64,000 nucleotides of DNA, from positions 310,001 through 374,000 of the forward strand of contig NMRA01000301.1 in NCBI GenBank assembly GCA_002633005.1. The letters are read 5' to 3'. The DNA comes from Phoronis australis (Eukaryota > Animalia > Phoronida). The position numbers and the translations under genes were made by a program. A model generated the notes under the pieces. That model was not told the origin of the DNA and ran no database searches. It saw nothing but the letters and a program-made list of their open reading frames with translations. Shown one piece after another: positions 1-13,062 of the stretch (the first letter of the stretch is position 1; the number at the start of each line of letters is the position of its first letter).

Positions 1-21
1 ACTTCACCAGGCTCTGCTCCG
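1..21 (+). CDS. PSMB7: Possible 3' end of an upstream PSMB7 exon (..LHQALLR|)
   Basis: ctt cac cag gct ctg ctc cg|GTATGT: good donor, and the phase joins to 1771 to give R-YKGH. Resembles the conserved LKQMLFR|Y at only 4/7 residues, and it is short and at the window edge. Confidence 0.35.
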
Positions 22-984
22 GTATGTGATATATAAACAATTGAAAGGTCAACATTCAAAATTAATAAATTAATCTAACCACAAACCAAACACTTTGCAC
101 GCTTTTGAGCTAAATAATTATAATTTTAGACACTGCATAATGAAAATCATTTTCTCCAATTTGTCGTTTTAGTCATTAAACAAAAAGAAAACAGGTGTTC
201 TGGTTCTCGGGTGAAGCATCATCATAACTAACCTTTGTGCGGCAATGCTGTATACGAAATATGCAGCTTTGCGTGGATATGGGTAAAAAAACTGAACATG
301 TAAAGTCTTCACCGAATTAGTGTTATTACAGACACTCTTCCTTGAGTAAACTAAATTATTTATCGGCGCTCAGGAAAATTTGTCGTTCTGTCATTATTCT
401 GCTGCAAAAATTGTGATCCGTTGTTTTAGGTCGGCTCAATAGGCCAGTTCCTTTTTTCCCCGATTCTTCAGTCAGCTGTTCTTCTCTTCTGCGAGGTTGC
501 GCACATGGCAAAACAAATTATCGAAACTGGTTTCATTTTGTTATAAGTTTTTAGTATTTTAATATCAGAAAACCGAATTCCAGAACAAATCTTGCTGCTT
601 GAAGTTGTCATCATCTTCCGAAAGATGTTGCAAAATTTTAGGAAATGGTGCGTGCACATGTCACAGGCTCAACAACAGACTTCTTTGTTACAATAGGCAA
701 AGAATTGTGCAAGAAAATGTTCATTAGATTGTTTTTCACTCAAGCGGCTGCAACCTACAAGGTGAGTGTTGGTTGACTCCTAGATTTTGCATGCACCTGT
801 GCCGGTCGCTAGCTCCAATGTTGACGAGGTGACGAGCAGAACTACCCGGGCTGTGGGAAATTTTGGGGATATAATACAGTGCTACCAAGCTGTATTTTGA
901 CAATAGTCTTTACACAGCTAGCTGACCGGTTACTACATAACCCGCAGTATCACACAAAGGCATTCATTTTGTTAAGTGCATTTT

Positions 985-1160
985 GTCTGGTGGTCATGTT
1001 CAGTCTCCGGCGGTCCTGTTTTGTGGTGGGGCGGTCATGTTTTTAGGTGCATCAGTCCCATTTTCTGGTGCGGCGGCCCTATTTGATCCTGTTTTGTAGT
1101 GAGTTGGTCTGATTGGAGGACCAGCGGTCATGTTTTGGGTCCGGCAGTCATGTTGTTTCT
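985..1160. repeat. Degenerate short tandem repeat with GCGGTC(A/C)TGTTTTG core
   Basis: Recurrent ggtcatgtt / ggtcctgtt units in the PSMB7 intron. Confidence 0.55.
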
Positions 1161-1770
1161 CACCCGTGTAGTAGTTCCTGATGTAATGTTCACAGGTGCT
1201 ATAGACTTAAGATCAACAGTGGCTGGAGAGCTCACTGTGATGATCAACACTAAAGCATTCTCAGCCTGAGCAATTGTTCCCTGGTGGCATGTGGTCTACA
1301 ACATACACTGTTTGTACCAGTGTGTAATTGATGTGCAAACATGTTTAACTGTAGCTTCATTCTAGTTCAAATACTTACACGCATTTCACGAATCTCGATA
1401 CAATACACAACTTCATGGCTTTGTGCGCCATCTTGAATATGTAATTAGGTACACTAAACAAACCAATTTACCTGTGTTTCTCTTAAAAGTGGAGGAGAAT
1501 GTAAGAATTTTTTGAACCTATGTTATCGGAAGGATTTTGATTACATTATCAAAAGTTTGCTATCATGTCATTGTAATGTATCCAGGTATCATCACTGTAT
1601 TTACTAATTAAGTAGTTAAATGTCAGAACACAGTAGTTACTAACCCTGAAGTACCATAAGTAATGGGCTGCCTAGTTACTGTCTGTCGCAACTGGGCATT
1701 GTTCTTGGCTACATGCAAAACATTGTAACTTGTTTACGATTCTCAACTCAACCATCCAGATATGTTTCAG

Positions 1771-1945
1771 GTACAAAGGTCACATCAGTGCTGCCTTGGT
1801 TCTGGGTGGGGTCGACTGCAGTGGTCCCCACCTCTACAGTATCCACCCCCACGGCTCAACAGACAAGCTCCCGTACGTCACTATGGGGTCCGGCTCTTTG
1901 GCGGCCATGGCAGTGTTTGAGGATGGCTTTAAGCCTAACATGGAG
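1771..1945 (+). CDS. PSMB7: Proteasome subunit beta type-7 (beta2), internal exon
   Basis: tttcAG|...|GTtagt. Encodes [58 protein letters not shown], with the diagnostic beta2 MGSGSLAAM motif. Confidence 0.96.
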
Positions 1946-3028
1946 GTTAGTAGTGCCTCTCGTATACTCGTGTTCAGTTTCTTGAAACTGTACAGGGTTC
2001 TTCACACACTGTAATAACATGGTCCAACACCCTTTTTTCGTTTCACCTGTTGACTTTGTGCCATCTTGAAATTCTCCTGTCTCCTTTTAATTTGTTTAGC
2101 CTGGATATGTTTTACCTGCAATCTTTTCAGCGTTCTTAAATTTGATTGAGGCAATCATTGTTTGGCGCAGAAGCTGCTTTTGTGTCTGTAGACAGATTTA
2201 GTCATCAAAGTTTTTTTCCAAATTCATCTTTATATGGAAGCACTTCTCCTTTGGTATTTCTTGACCCAACATTAAATGATTTCATTTAGCTAACATTGGG
2301 ATGTCATGTCCCAAAGGTGGCGGGTCAGATTTTTATGAAATTCTTTATGCATTGTTTTCCAAAAGGCTGTTTGGAATTGTTTTTAGAATATTCCTCTCTT
2401 TGCATGAGAGGCTGTCGAAATGTCTTTTATTTGTATGAAAAAAATGCATAATCCAAAATTCAACTTATTATTTAGAGAACTGCAACAGGGCTTTTGAGAT
2501 TTCAGCTTTCATATCTGATGAAATTTGGCCATCTTATTGATACTATTGTTTTGCGATTATTTTACCTTTCTCGTACTTGGTCACTTGATCCAATCTGTAG
2601 CAGTGAATTGACGACATTTTGCAGCACTCTCTGGTTGTGTAAAAGAATCTACTCACTTTGCTCAGTTTCTGTTATGCTGTCAAATGCAACTTTAGAGGCA
2701 GGGGAAAGGTAGCATGAAAGTATCATATAGTGTATGATGCACGTATTGTATATTACATTTCTGTTTTTATTTCATTTACATTAAATATTGAGCCTCGCCT
2801 GACTGTAATGAACTTGGAATATTTTTAATTTGTAAAATGTCCACTTGTTAAAAGCATACCTTCAAAACTGTCAACTGAAGCCGGGTAATTCAGGTTTAAG
2901 GCAACAAGTGTATATGCGGCTGCTGCCTGTGAACTTTGCATAATTTATGTTTGTTGTCCATCTGGTGTGTTTAAAAAGCTCTTAATGACGACATTCTGGC
3001 TTTAACAAATTCAAATTTTCTTCCATAG

Positions 3029-3180
3029 GTTGAGGAAGCTAAGAAGCTTGTACGCAATGCCATCGCTGCAGGTATATTTAATGACCTGGGGTCCGGGACC
3101 AACGTTGATGTGTGTGTGATCACCAAAGACAAGGTGGACTATATCCGACCTTACGATGAGGCCAACATCAAAGGTCAAAG
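3029..3180 (+). CDS. PSMB7: PSMB7 penultimate exon
   Basis: ccatAG|...|GTgagt, 152 bp. Encodes [51 protein letters not shown] (GIFNDLGSG motif). Confidence 0.96.
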
Positions 3181-3316
3181 GTGAGTAACAGTTGTCTTTC
3201 TGTCTCGAAGTCTGATTTGTTTGTTTCAGTTCTTGTTGGATTCGAAGCTTACTCTGCTTTCCAATTATGCTTTATCGTTGTACAAAATCTGTCAATCTTG
3301 AAACAATTCGAAAATA

Positions 3317-3594
3317 ATTGTTCACTAATCTGACTAGAGTGGACTTTTGTAGTTTTATAATGCCCGTTCACTTATTGTTCACTAATCTGACTAGAGTGGA
3401 CTTTTGTAGTTTTATAATGCCCGTTCACTTATTGTTCACTAATCTGACTAGAGTGGACTTTTGTAGTTTTATAATGCCCGTTCACTTATTGTTCACTAAT
3501 CTGACTAGAGTGGACTTTTGTAGTTTTATAATGCCCGTTCACTTATTGTTCACTAATCTGACTAGAGTGGACTTTTGTAGTTTTATAATGCCCG
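3317..3594. repeat. 57-bp minisatellite, about 5 near-perfect copies
   Basis: Unit attgttcactaatctgactagagtggacttttgtagttttataatgcccgttcactt; ends at the single N at 3595. Two more copies at 3761-3875. Confidence 0.95.
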
Positions 3595-4397
3595 NTACGA
3601 TGAGGCCAACATCAAAGGTCAAAGGTGAGCAACAGTTGTCTTTCTGTCTCGAAGTCTGATTTGTTTGTTTCTGTTCTTGTTGGATTCGAAGCTTACTCTG
3701 CTTTCCAATTATGCTCTATCGTTGTACAAAATCTGTCAATCTTGAAACAATTCGAAAATAATTGTTCACTAATCTGACTAGAGTGGACTTTTGTAGTTTT
3801 ATAATGCCTGTTCACTTATTGTTCACTAATCTGACTAGAGTGGACTTTTGTAGTTTTATAATGCCCGTTCACTTATGTTATATGGCTCCCAAATTTTACC
3901 ACATAGTCTGATATTCGACTGATTACTGAGCAATGAACTTGGGTATCCTCCAACGTTTTCGATAATTCTCTTGGTAAACTTGTTGTAATGCAGTTCAGTT
4001 ACTTACTATTAGCCTGTTATCAGAACATTGTGACTAACAGCCCAGGGCATACTCCTAGTTTCACAATACTGTCTGGCCATGTGCTGCTAAACTGCGAAAA
4101 ACTCACATTCTTCAGTCAAAATTCCTTTTTGAGGGCAAACATTCCAAACTTATCCAATTGCTGTGGCGCAATCTTTTTATTTAGAATTCGATGTTGGTGC
4201 AAGCATTTCAAGTCTTATCTGCATGCATGCCTTCATGAGAACAAAGGCCTGTTTTGCCAGCTAATAAGTGTCTCTTCATTAACTTGTTGCTCCTTCAGGT
4301 CCACATAACTTCCGTAATAATGTACTTGTTCTTTAAGAGGTATTCCCTTCATCCTGAATATTTTTTTGAAATTAATATTAACCGTCTTGTTATCCAG

Positions 4398-4518
4398 GCA
4401 AGGGAGATATGTATACAAAAAGGGAACAACTGGAGTCCTGTCCACGTCTGTCAAACCTATCAAGGTTGAGGTGACAAGCACTGTTGTTAGAAGCACTGAA
4501 GCCATGGAAACAGCTTGA
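4398..4518 (+). CDS. PSMB7: PSMB7 terminal coding exon
   Basis: tccAG| then QGRYVYKKGTTGVLSTSVKPIKVEVTSTVVRSTEAMETA*, TGA at 4516-4518. The Y..GTT.VL beta2 C-terminal tail is present and the phase is consistent. Confidence 0.93.
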
Positions 4519-4720
4519 GTAGGTTGTGCTGCATGCAGTCAAAGAACTAACGATTCATTAAAGACAGTGGCTACTTTTGGTTTTCTATGTTTACGATAAT
4601 GTCTTCATTCCTGATGCAAAGTTCAAGTAGGGTGGCACACAAACCAACTCCCTTGCACTCTCCCAAGGTCATTCAAAGTCAATGTCAAATAATTATTGGA
4701 GTTTTCAGTGTTATTTCATT

Positions 4721-4820
4721 TTTGTGACCATGTGATGTATCCTGCATACGGTTTGTGACCATATGTGATGTATCCTGCATACGGTTTGTGACCATGTGAT
4801 GTATCCTGCATACTGTTTGT
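4721..4820. repeat. ~31-33-bp tandem repeat x3 in the PSMB7 3'UTR
   Basis: tttgtgaccatgtgatgtatcctgcatacgg repeated just upstream of AATAAA. Confidence 0.85.
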
Positions 4821-4821
4821 A

Positions 4822-4827
4822 AATAAA
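4822..4827 (+). promoter_or_regulatory. Candidate PSMB7 polyadenylation signal AATAAA
   Basis: AATAAA about 300 bp after the stop codon. Confidence 0.55.
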
Positions 4828-7800
4828 CAACTTTTAGCATCACCACTTTTAGTGCTTTCATGTTACCTACTTGAAAAAAGTCGTTTCCTCAAAAATTCTT
4901 TTCTACTCATTTATCAAATTATTACAGCTAACTGCTGCCTTGTACTTTATAACATTCACCAACTTATTTAATTCTACTCCGACCATTAGTCCAAAATCGA
5001 AATTTGGCTCCCAATGAATGTTTCATTAAATTCTGATAAATTTATTGTAGTGCTATTCATCTATAACATTTTTGTTTAGTGTCCTTCATTCATTTAGTAA
5101 GTCAACAGTTCAACTACAGACATGTTATGAATTTTTAGGAGAGGTATTGTAATAGCCAACGTCTCAATTTGTTTGGCCAGTCAACAGGTCACTTCCAGAT
5201 GACAGCAGTAATTGGCCTTTTTTAAAAATGTTAAATTTTGACCTAAGGTGGGCTTATTGCTGACTTTGTGAACACTCAAAACAGTCGATCAAATATAAAT
5301 GTTGTATTAAAACAACAGGAGATAGCATTGATAACAGTCTCGCTACAGACTAATTGTGTGCATTGGACCCAAACCATAAAGCAACCCTGAAACGAGTCCA
5401 GGCCAAACTTTGGCCACTAAGTGATGATAAAATGCAAGTTTGTTTGAGGTATCCATTCATGTGTAATCGTGCAGAAAACTACCCTGTCAGGACAGAGTTT
5501 AATGCAGTCTGTGTAGTTTTTGATTCTCCTATGATGACACTAATTGATGTTCACAGCTTTCTGAACACAGGACGCGTGTCAGTGATAGGAATGGCTGAAT
5601 ACTGATCAATATTGTCCCACAGTAGTTTGACTGGGCGGAGAACACTATGGCTGCACTACGTAAAACATGTTTTTCTGGATAACATACTTATATATTTTAA
5701 ATAAAACAACACACATGGTCGAAAACAGAAAATTTACAATGTGATCAGATTTGCTTAACAAAGAGACAATAAAGTACACACTCAAACCCTAACAATCTGC
5801 CATATAAAAGCTACTAAGTGTAAGGCTTTACAATATGCCTGAACTTTACAGAAGTTGGTAAACATTTTACACAACCGACTGCCGCTAGGCAAAAACCAAA
5901 TACCAGATACTGCTCACTTGATTTGTTGACAGATCAGACAAACAGTCATAACAGAACTCGTGCCGTTTTTATGGGACAGGGAAATAACTAGGCTGCAGCC
6001 CTAGTCGAAAAGTTTTGGGAGACCAGCCCCATTTCCCTGAATTGTAAAACAACCAAAGTATTGTTGAAATCTAAAGAGTTTGCAACTCTGACAGCAGTTG
6101 AATGAAAAGAAGTAAGAAATTTGCTTAACTGAACCACAATGGATTATTTGACAAATAGTTTAGTCACCCTAGTCAGAACCCATTTTTATACATCTGTACA
6201 TTCTTTGAAAAATACAACTCTGTGGTGGCATTCTCAAGGGCCGAAAAACAAGAAAATATCTGCCCCAACCAACACTCTACTGGACGGCATTTCCAAGACT
6301 GCATAATACATATATATTTCTAACAAGTCAATAAATAGTAAAAGTGAGAAGCTTTTTACAAGTAAGAAAAATAATTCGATTCTCTCTATACATGATTGGA
6401 CTGACCTGAATTTATACACATCAACACCAAAGCTATTCTGGGAATCATTGCATTGAACTTTAGGTGCACTAGCGCCACCAGTGTCACAATCCCATGGCCT
6501 CCTTGTGCCACCTACCAGCAAGTGATCAAATGCACCGTGGCACACATGTACTCCAACAAAAACAAAACTCAACTATGTCTGTCTTATCACAAGCTCCAGG
6601 AGCACATCTGAAGAAGTATTTGGCATGATCAAACAAACACCGGAATGACAAATTTTTCCAATTAGTATTTGCACTTTCAACAGTATGCAGCGTTCCACGT
6701 GCAAGACCTCCCTGCCACAAAGACTATGCAGCATTCCAGGTGCATGACCTCCATGCCACAAAGTCTAAGGGTCCCAAAATGTACCTTGTCATTACAACAG
6801 AGGGAAAAGGCTTTCAATAATGTCAAGTTCAGTCACTGAATTGCCTCTCACTGTGTCTGACCAGTCGTAAAAAGTTTATAATAATAGTTATCCAAAGTGG
6901 GGACCAACACACAGCATATCAGACCCTGCAACACATACAGCGTTCCTCTCTCAACTGAAAACTGAAATTTGCATTGACTGAAGTGAACTGCAATTTTCAA
7001 ACAAACTCCTGGCATGTTTTCAAATGATTAATGACCCAACAGGATTTTTTTTAGGTTTTGACAAAACTCCATTCAACAAAGCTCTGCACATTTTGAAAAA
7101 AAAATGTTATTCATTTAGAACTACTTTATCTGCAAAAGCAGGAAACTGCCTGGATTAAAAATTGATTGGTTTTCATACTATTGACCCCAGCAATTGGCCT
7201 CCACTTGTTCCTTACTCAGATGAGAAACTTCAGGATTTGCAAAGATCTGACAGGCGACTGTTCCTTAAGGCCATCCTCACCACACAAGATAACACGCCAT
7301 AACAAGTCAACATACGGTGCCTCATCTCGAGTAATATCTAAGTGTGAGTTCATTCAAACCCTGAAAAAATCTCCAATTTGACAGAGGAACGATTTGATAC
7401 CGATTTCATAATGATATTAAGCAGTTGTTTTTGTAATGAAAGCCAGGTTTATAGCTGCTTTAAGTGAGACTACTTTTCTTCGGAAACAGGTCACAATATT
7501 TATTCCAATGATTTCACAAGCAAAGCCTTAATTATTTCACATACCTTCAGTGAGTGCCTCTAAAACATTCTCCCAACTTATGTAACTGCTAACACAAGTT
7601 TACAGTTGCTTCAATAGTGGAGAGCACTATAACATATGCTGTGACACGGGCCTACAGCAAAATTTGCAACACAAAACGACTACGTTCAAATGAAGAAACA
7701 GCACAGTGCTGCCATCTACCAATCAACAATGAAGGATACAAACAACTGATACAGTGCATCATTCGCCTGGTTTCAATCACCTAACGTCTTCACACAGAGT

Positions 7801-8184
7801 CGCTCTTAAAGTCACGACAAAATTACGCAACCTTTAAGAACAGAGAGAGGTAAAACAGTGCGGAGGTTGGTGTAAATGTATCGAAAGATTTTAGAAATGA
7901 TGACAGAAAACAGTCAACTATTCAGCAGCAACTAGTTAGCGGAATTTAGCACAAGTTGGAGCTATATGCAAGACAAAAAACAAAAAACAAATAAAAATAA
8001 ATTAATCCAGTGGTGAATATGACAAGGTTTACAATCACAGATATCTTGAGAGATGGACTTTTATGTGGATACCATCATTACTACTGTCAGACGACTTGAG
8101 ATATGTGTGTATCCGTACATACTGCTATTACTGCTGTTGCCACGGATACCACAACTACTACTACTACTGTTGCCGTGGATACTG

Positions 8185-8322
8185 CTACTGCTGTTGCTCT
8201 GGCTGCTGCTGAGCTTGTTGACAACTTTGAGTGTACATTTTTTCGGCCACTTGAAAGATGGCATTGATGTCTGGCCTCTGTTCAGGGATTGGGTTGATGC
8301 ACATGGCCACAAGCTTTCGCAG
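8185..8322 (-). CDS. NEK7: NEK6/7 kinase terminal coding exon (7)
   Basis: ttttcAG|LRKLVAMCINPIPEQRPDINAIFQVAEKMYTQSCQQAQQQPEQQQ*; TAG at 8187-8185. Contains the subdomain XI RP motif. Confidence 0.9.
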   Translation of the reverse strand: MRKLVAMCINPIPEQRPDINAIFQVAEKMYTQSCQQAQQQPEQQQ

Positions 8323-8749
8323 CTGAAAAGACAAACATCATGAGAGTAACTTTGAAGCAGAAACTCACCAAGCAGCTGACATTCGGGTAGACAGTTTAAA
8401 AAAACACTGTTGGACTGTATGGTCAAGAGGGAAAAGACTGCCGGTTTCAAGACAACCTAAGTGAAAACGACAACTAGATAAAGAATTATAACTGTTTTGA
8501 TTGATAAATTTTATGAAAACCTACAATTTGTTGTCTTAATTCGATAAATATTCAGACATAAATTGAGATTGCAGACTATTGCCTTCTATTTTTACCATCA
8601 CATTGACAATCGGGAAATGCTGGCAGCCACATTTTGGAGAGAATACCTCCCTGTCCTGTGACATCAGGATGACCTCATACGGAACCCCTGCTTAGGCAAG
8701 TATAATCTGGCAAATTTGGATCCCCAATTTTCAAATCCTAGGTGAGTCC

Positions 8750-8925
8750 CTGGTTGATGAGGCAAGACTCTCAACCAAAAACACCCGAGGATTCAGTCAT
8801 GTAACTGAACCCTTGAACAAGCCACTTAACCTGTATTGGTCCATATGCATGTCTCAGCTGCCTGCATGAGTACCAGCAATGGCTGGCATGTAACCCGTCA
8901 GTGTCCCCTCCAGGGGGAGCTGAGC
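8750..8925 (+). mobile_element. Decayed SINE-like fragment
   Basis: ccttgaacaagccacttaacc ... gagtacc ... cccctccagggggag resembles conserved metazoan SINE core domains (recognised by eye only). Confidence 0.4.
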
Positions 8926-9192
8926 TACATACATCTGCTCAAACTACAACATTTAACCAATAAATGTGAATAGTTCGTGAAGGATTTATAAGTAATTCGT
9001 GAATTAAAACACCAAAAATCCAACATGCTCCTCATGACAATAAAAATATCGCCCAAACATGGTGAGCCAACTTTCAAGATGCACTTCATAGAGGAAGAGG
9101 ACAATTTTTGATGTTGGTTATTTAGTCTGCAAAACAGCATATACAGTTTTAAGATATGGATTAAAAACTGGAGAATACTGCATATGTCTCAC

Positions 9193-9306
9193 CTCTTCAG
9201 AGTAGCGGTCGGCTGGCAGGGGTGGATAGTCACACTGTTCAATTTTCTTGCACAAAGAATATAGATTCATCTTGTCACCATAGAAAGGTGACTGAAGGGC
9301 AGCCAT
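9193..9306 (-). CDS. NEK7: NEK6/7 coding exon 6
   Basis: [38 protein letters not shown], nearly identical to vertebrate NEK7; AG/GT boundaries. Confidence 0.96.
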
Positions 9307-9729
9307 CTACAATCAACCACGAAAAAAGAAAATATTTAGCCAGAAGAACCAAACAGTTAACTTAGGTACAGCGAGTTGACATTGAGTTAGTCAAATAAAT
9401 AAGCAGTTCACTGTGGCACCATCTATTGTTTGTTTACACAAACACTGAGGATGTTCCAAGTTCAAAGCCTAACAGTGATACAGGTAAATGTGTCGTCTGC
9501 TATGTATTTTGAGGGTCGCGCTTATCCACATCTACGTTAGACTCCTTCACTTCCATTCACCTATGACACCACGGGAATCCTTACATTGTATCAAATTCAC
9601 ACAGCTACTCATTACCACTACTTTCACAATTTAATTCCTTGATAACACAATATGATGCAAAAGGCCAACTTTACTTATCAGTTGACAAGCAAGCCTAGTA
9701 TGTATAAGTGATCATGTTTACACACCTAT

Positions 9730-9924
9730 CTTAAGTATTGCTAGGACTATCTGGGGAGACCAATACACTTAAGTATTGCTAGGACTATCTGGGGAGACCA
9801 ATACACTTAAGTATTGCTAGGACTATCTGGGGAGACCAATACACTTAAGTATTGCTAGGACTATCTGGGGAGACCAATACACTTAAGTATTGCTAGGACT
9901 ATCTGGGGAGACCAATACACTTAA
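9730..9924. repeat. 38-bp minisatellite, 5 perfect copies
   Basis: Unit cttaagtattgctaggactatctggggagaccaataca in a NEK intron. Confidence 0.96.
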
Positions 9925-10239
9925 AATAATGAAAATCCACTCAAAGAAGAAACCTCTGACTTGTATATATTGGATACAAACAAAATTGATTCTGATCATT
10001 AAAAGTGCTACCATTTTCTTTTGAATGAAAAATGAGACCAAAAAAAAAACTGATTCCTAAAGACATGATCTAATTGGATGTTTCGTGTAAATAAAAATAA
10101 AACGGGTCCAAATAAGTAATAATATGCTAAACATACAGGACGGTACCACATACAGTAGACAATAATGAAGTAAACAAAACAGATGTAAACCCCACTTAGT
10201 AAACAGCAGTAAGGTACACATAGTCATAAAGGATGATAC

Positions 10240-10334
10240 CTCATAGAGAAGGCAGCCCAGGGACCAGATGTCTGACTTGAAGTTGTAGCCAGTTTCATGA
10301 ATCCTCTCAGGGGACATGTAGTAGGGTGTACCCA
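10240..10334 (-). CDS. NEK7: NEK6/7 coding exon 5
   Basis: (V)[31 protein letters not shown]; 95 bp, AG/GT boundaries. Confidence 0.96.
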
Positions 10335-11172
10335 CTGAAACACAACTCATAATGTTTTGTCATGTACACTCTTTTATTATGCCAAACACTTGACGTAATT
10401 CTCAAATGATAGATTCTAATAGAAGCCTAGTCTCCAACACAGAGTGTCAGGGTGCCAGGTGACCTGCACTCCATGAAGGTCTATTTCGTGGAGAGTGACT
10501 TAAGACAGATATTTGGTCTTACGATACCACTTCACAGTTGGTAAACAAAGATTTAATCATGTAATTATTAGAACATAACAATCTGTACACATTTTCTCAA
10601 TAAGTAGCAATAGTGGAACGGTATACTCTTAGATACTTTAATTCATTTGCTGAAGTGAGTTTTAACCGTTCCTCAGAAATAACTGGTGGAGTGTAAGACC
10701 AACTTTCTGTCTTAAGTCTTCAGTCATTTTTCATTAAACAAACCCCAGCTTTCCAATGCAAGACAGGTATCAGAAATTATACTCGCAAAAAGGCGAGAAA
10801 GCACCTACTGTCTACTATGTTGTTGATTTGTATCTATTTTAATGTTATGTAGGACTCTAGTAAAAAATGTCCCAATTTAGCTAACTTTGGAAAAAAAATA
10901 TCTCAGAAAAGGTGGGTTGGATTCAGGTGGAACTTTCAGAAACCATGCTTTATGCACTGTCCTCCAAACACAGTTAGGAATTGTAATAAAAACAAAAATT
11001 GTCTTCGCCTCTGCCTCATATATAACTACAACCATCAAGAATAAATATTAATTTCTCCGTCAACACATTTTTGGGGTCTTTATAACAGTGAGAGTCAGTA
11101 ATACCATATTATAGCAATTTTAAGATTTGTTAAATAATGATGATCAGATTTGAAATGTCGTCTAAAACTTAC

Positions 11173-11280
11173 CCAGAGAGTGCGCTGCTGTTGTTTTTGA
11201 GCTGAAGAAACGACCTAAACCTAGGTCGCCGAGTTTTACGATACCCTGAACAGTTATGAAGACGTTGGCAGGCTTTATAT
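11173..11280 (-). CDS. NEK7: NEK6/7 coding exon 4
   Basis: (D)[35 protein letters not shown], with the NEK6/7-typical DLG in place of DFG; AG/GT boundaries. Confidence 0.96.
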
Positions 11281-11737
11281 CTGCAAATTTATGTAAAATG
11301 GATGACACCTAGGGTGTGCTAAAGTATAACAAACCTGTGCCACTGGAAATTATTCAACCAGTCATTCTTTGAATAATTTTTTGAGATCTGAAAACCAGGA
11401 CAATAAGAATTAGAATAACTGGCTGAAATAGTTGGGTGAAAGGAGAAAAAATATTTGGCATCATTACCAATATGAAAACAATCATCTAAACCACCCCAAG
11501 CAACAATTTGCATCTATATTCTGGAAAGCCAAGAGAATCACTGAGTACACAAAGCAGAAGGAACACTATGAGTGAACTTCACCAAGAAGGGAGACATGGA
11601 CAGATCTGCTGGAATTGTGGACGTAGTGAGGGAATTTGGTGGTTTCAACACATAAAAGTCAAATTTCACTCAAAAAGTAACGGATGCATAACTCATTGAC
11701 TCTTAAAGAATTATGACTCTCGACAATGAACCCTGAC

Positions 11738-11846
11738 CTCTGTGCATGATTCGCGTGGAATGCATGTGTTTCAGTGCGCCGCAGATCTGAACGAAATACT
11801 TCCATATTGTACGCTCGGGTATCAGGCGATTCTGTCGTTTGAAGTG
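11738..11846 (-). CDS. NEK7: NEK6/7 coding exon 3
   Basis: [36 protein letters not shown]; 109 bp, AG/GT boundaries. Confidence 0.96.
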
Positions 11847-12227
11847 CTGAAAATATGACAAGTAATGTCCTGCTTAGTGTGAAATATCAGAGCAACTTGT
11901 TGTTTGCAGAATTCAACAATCTTAGGAACTTCCAACCTTCATCGAATTTTTCTTCAAAATACAATATTCACTTCAGAGCCAGACAGGATGTAGATATGTG
12001 CCCAACATGTAGATCGCAAACAGTAAAAATATAAAGGATCCTTGTTAGTCATTTTAATGCATTAGAATTCAAACCAGAATAGCATTTGCCAATTTTCGGA
12101 TAACTAGCACTGGGACACTTTTGGAAGCATTAAATTTTGCAAAACCAATTAACTAGGTTAAAACAAGTTCGAGATTGTTTTACACTTCAAAAATTGTGAT
12201 TTCCCAAACTTGATTAACTATAGTCAC

Positions 12228-12401
12228 CTTGATCATCTTGGAGAGGTCGCCAGCGTCTGCGAGTTCCAGCACGATATTAAGCTCGTTGTTTTCAACAAAT
12301 GAGGCCAGATACTTTATCACATTAGAGTGGTTCAAACACTTGAGCAGGTCAATCTCTTTGATACAGTCTGTGCGAGCTTTGGCGTCCATCATCTCAAATA
12401 T
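12228..12401 (-). CDS. NEK7: NEK6/7 coding exon 2
   Basis: [58 protein letters not shown]; AG/GT boundaries. Confidence 0.96.
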
Positions 12402-13062
12402 CTAAGAATAAAAAGAAAATTCGATGACATAAGATCATCAGTCTGATATTAGTGTAATCGTTATTCACGAAAAAACATCTATTGATCATTTATCATTGTT
12501 TAGTGACGAGAAATCATATAAACCACAACGGCTAATAATGAACCTTGCTTGAAAATTTATATCAACCTTTAATGTGTATTCATATCTATAGATCATTTCA
12601 TAAAATTCAATTGCTTCATTTGAATTCACAGAAAAATACAATAAAACAAAATTGCCTATGTACACTGTTGCCATGGAAAACCTAACATGAAACTCGTAAC
12701 AGTCCTCCAAAAGTCCCGTCACAAATTCAACTCTCCTCTTTGTCAGAGGAAGAAAAACACATCGTGTGCGTGACCTAGGTTTTGAAAGGTTTAACTATTG
12801 CATTCTTCTGAGGTGAGTTGGACAGCGAAGCAAAAAAAAATTTATCGCCACAAAAATGAGACAATCACACAACATTACTACTTCAGACATGGCTTTAGGT
12901 CACTAGACTCCGCATCGCAGAAATTTTCCAGGATATAAATTTCTTTTCATATTGCATATCTTAATACATGCGCTGCTGTTTTTTACACACATACGATGAT
13001 GACCCTTCATATGCTAACCCCTTAACTCACAATTCATATCACCTAATCTCTATGTTCCTAAC

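Noticed and set aside
3318-3659. 113-aa repetitive ORF (LFTNLTRVDFCSFIMPVHL)n
   Set aside because: Translation of a 57-bp intronic minisatellite that crosses an N join.
8053-8450. Leu-rich (+) and Ser-rich (-) ORFs
   Set aside because: Alternative frames of the NEK last exon and its CAG/TAG repeat.
9730-9924. CRISPR-like regular repeats (also 47367-47630 and 18137-18249)
   Set aside because: Head-to-tail tandem units with no unique spacers, no cas genes, and a eukaryotic context.
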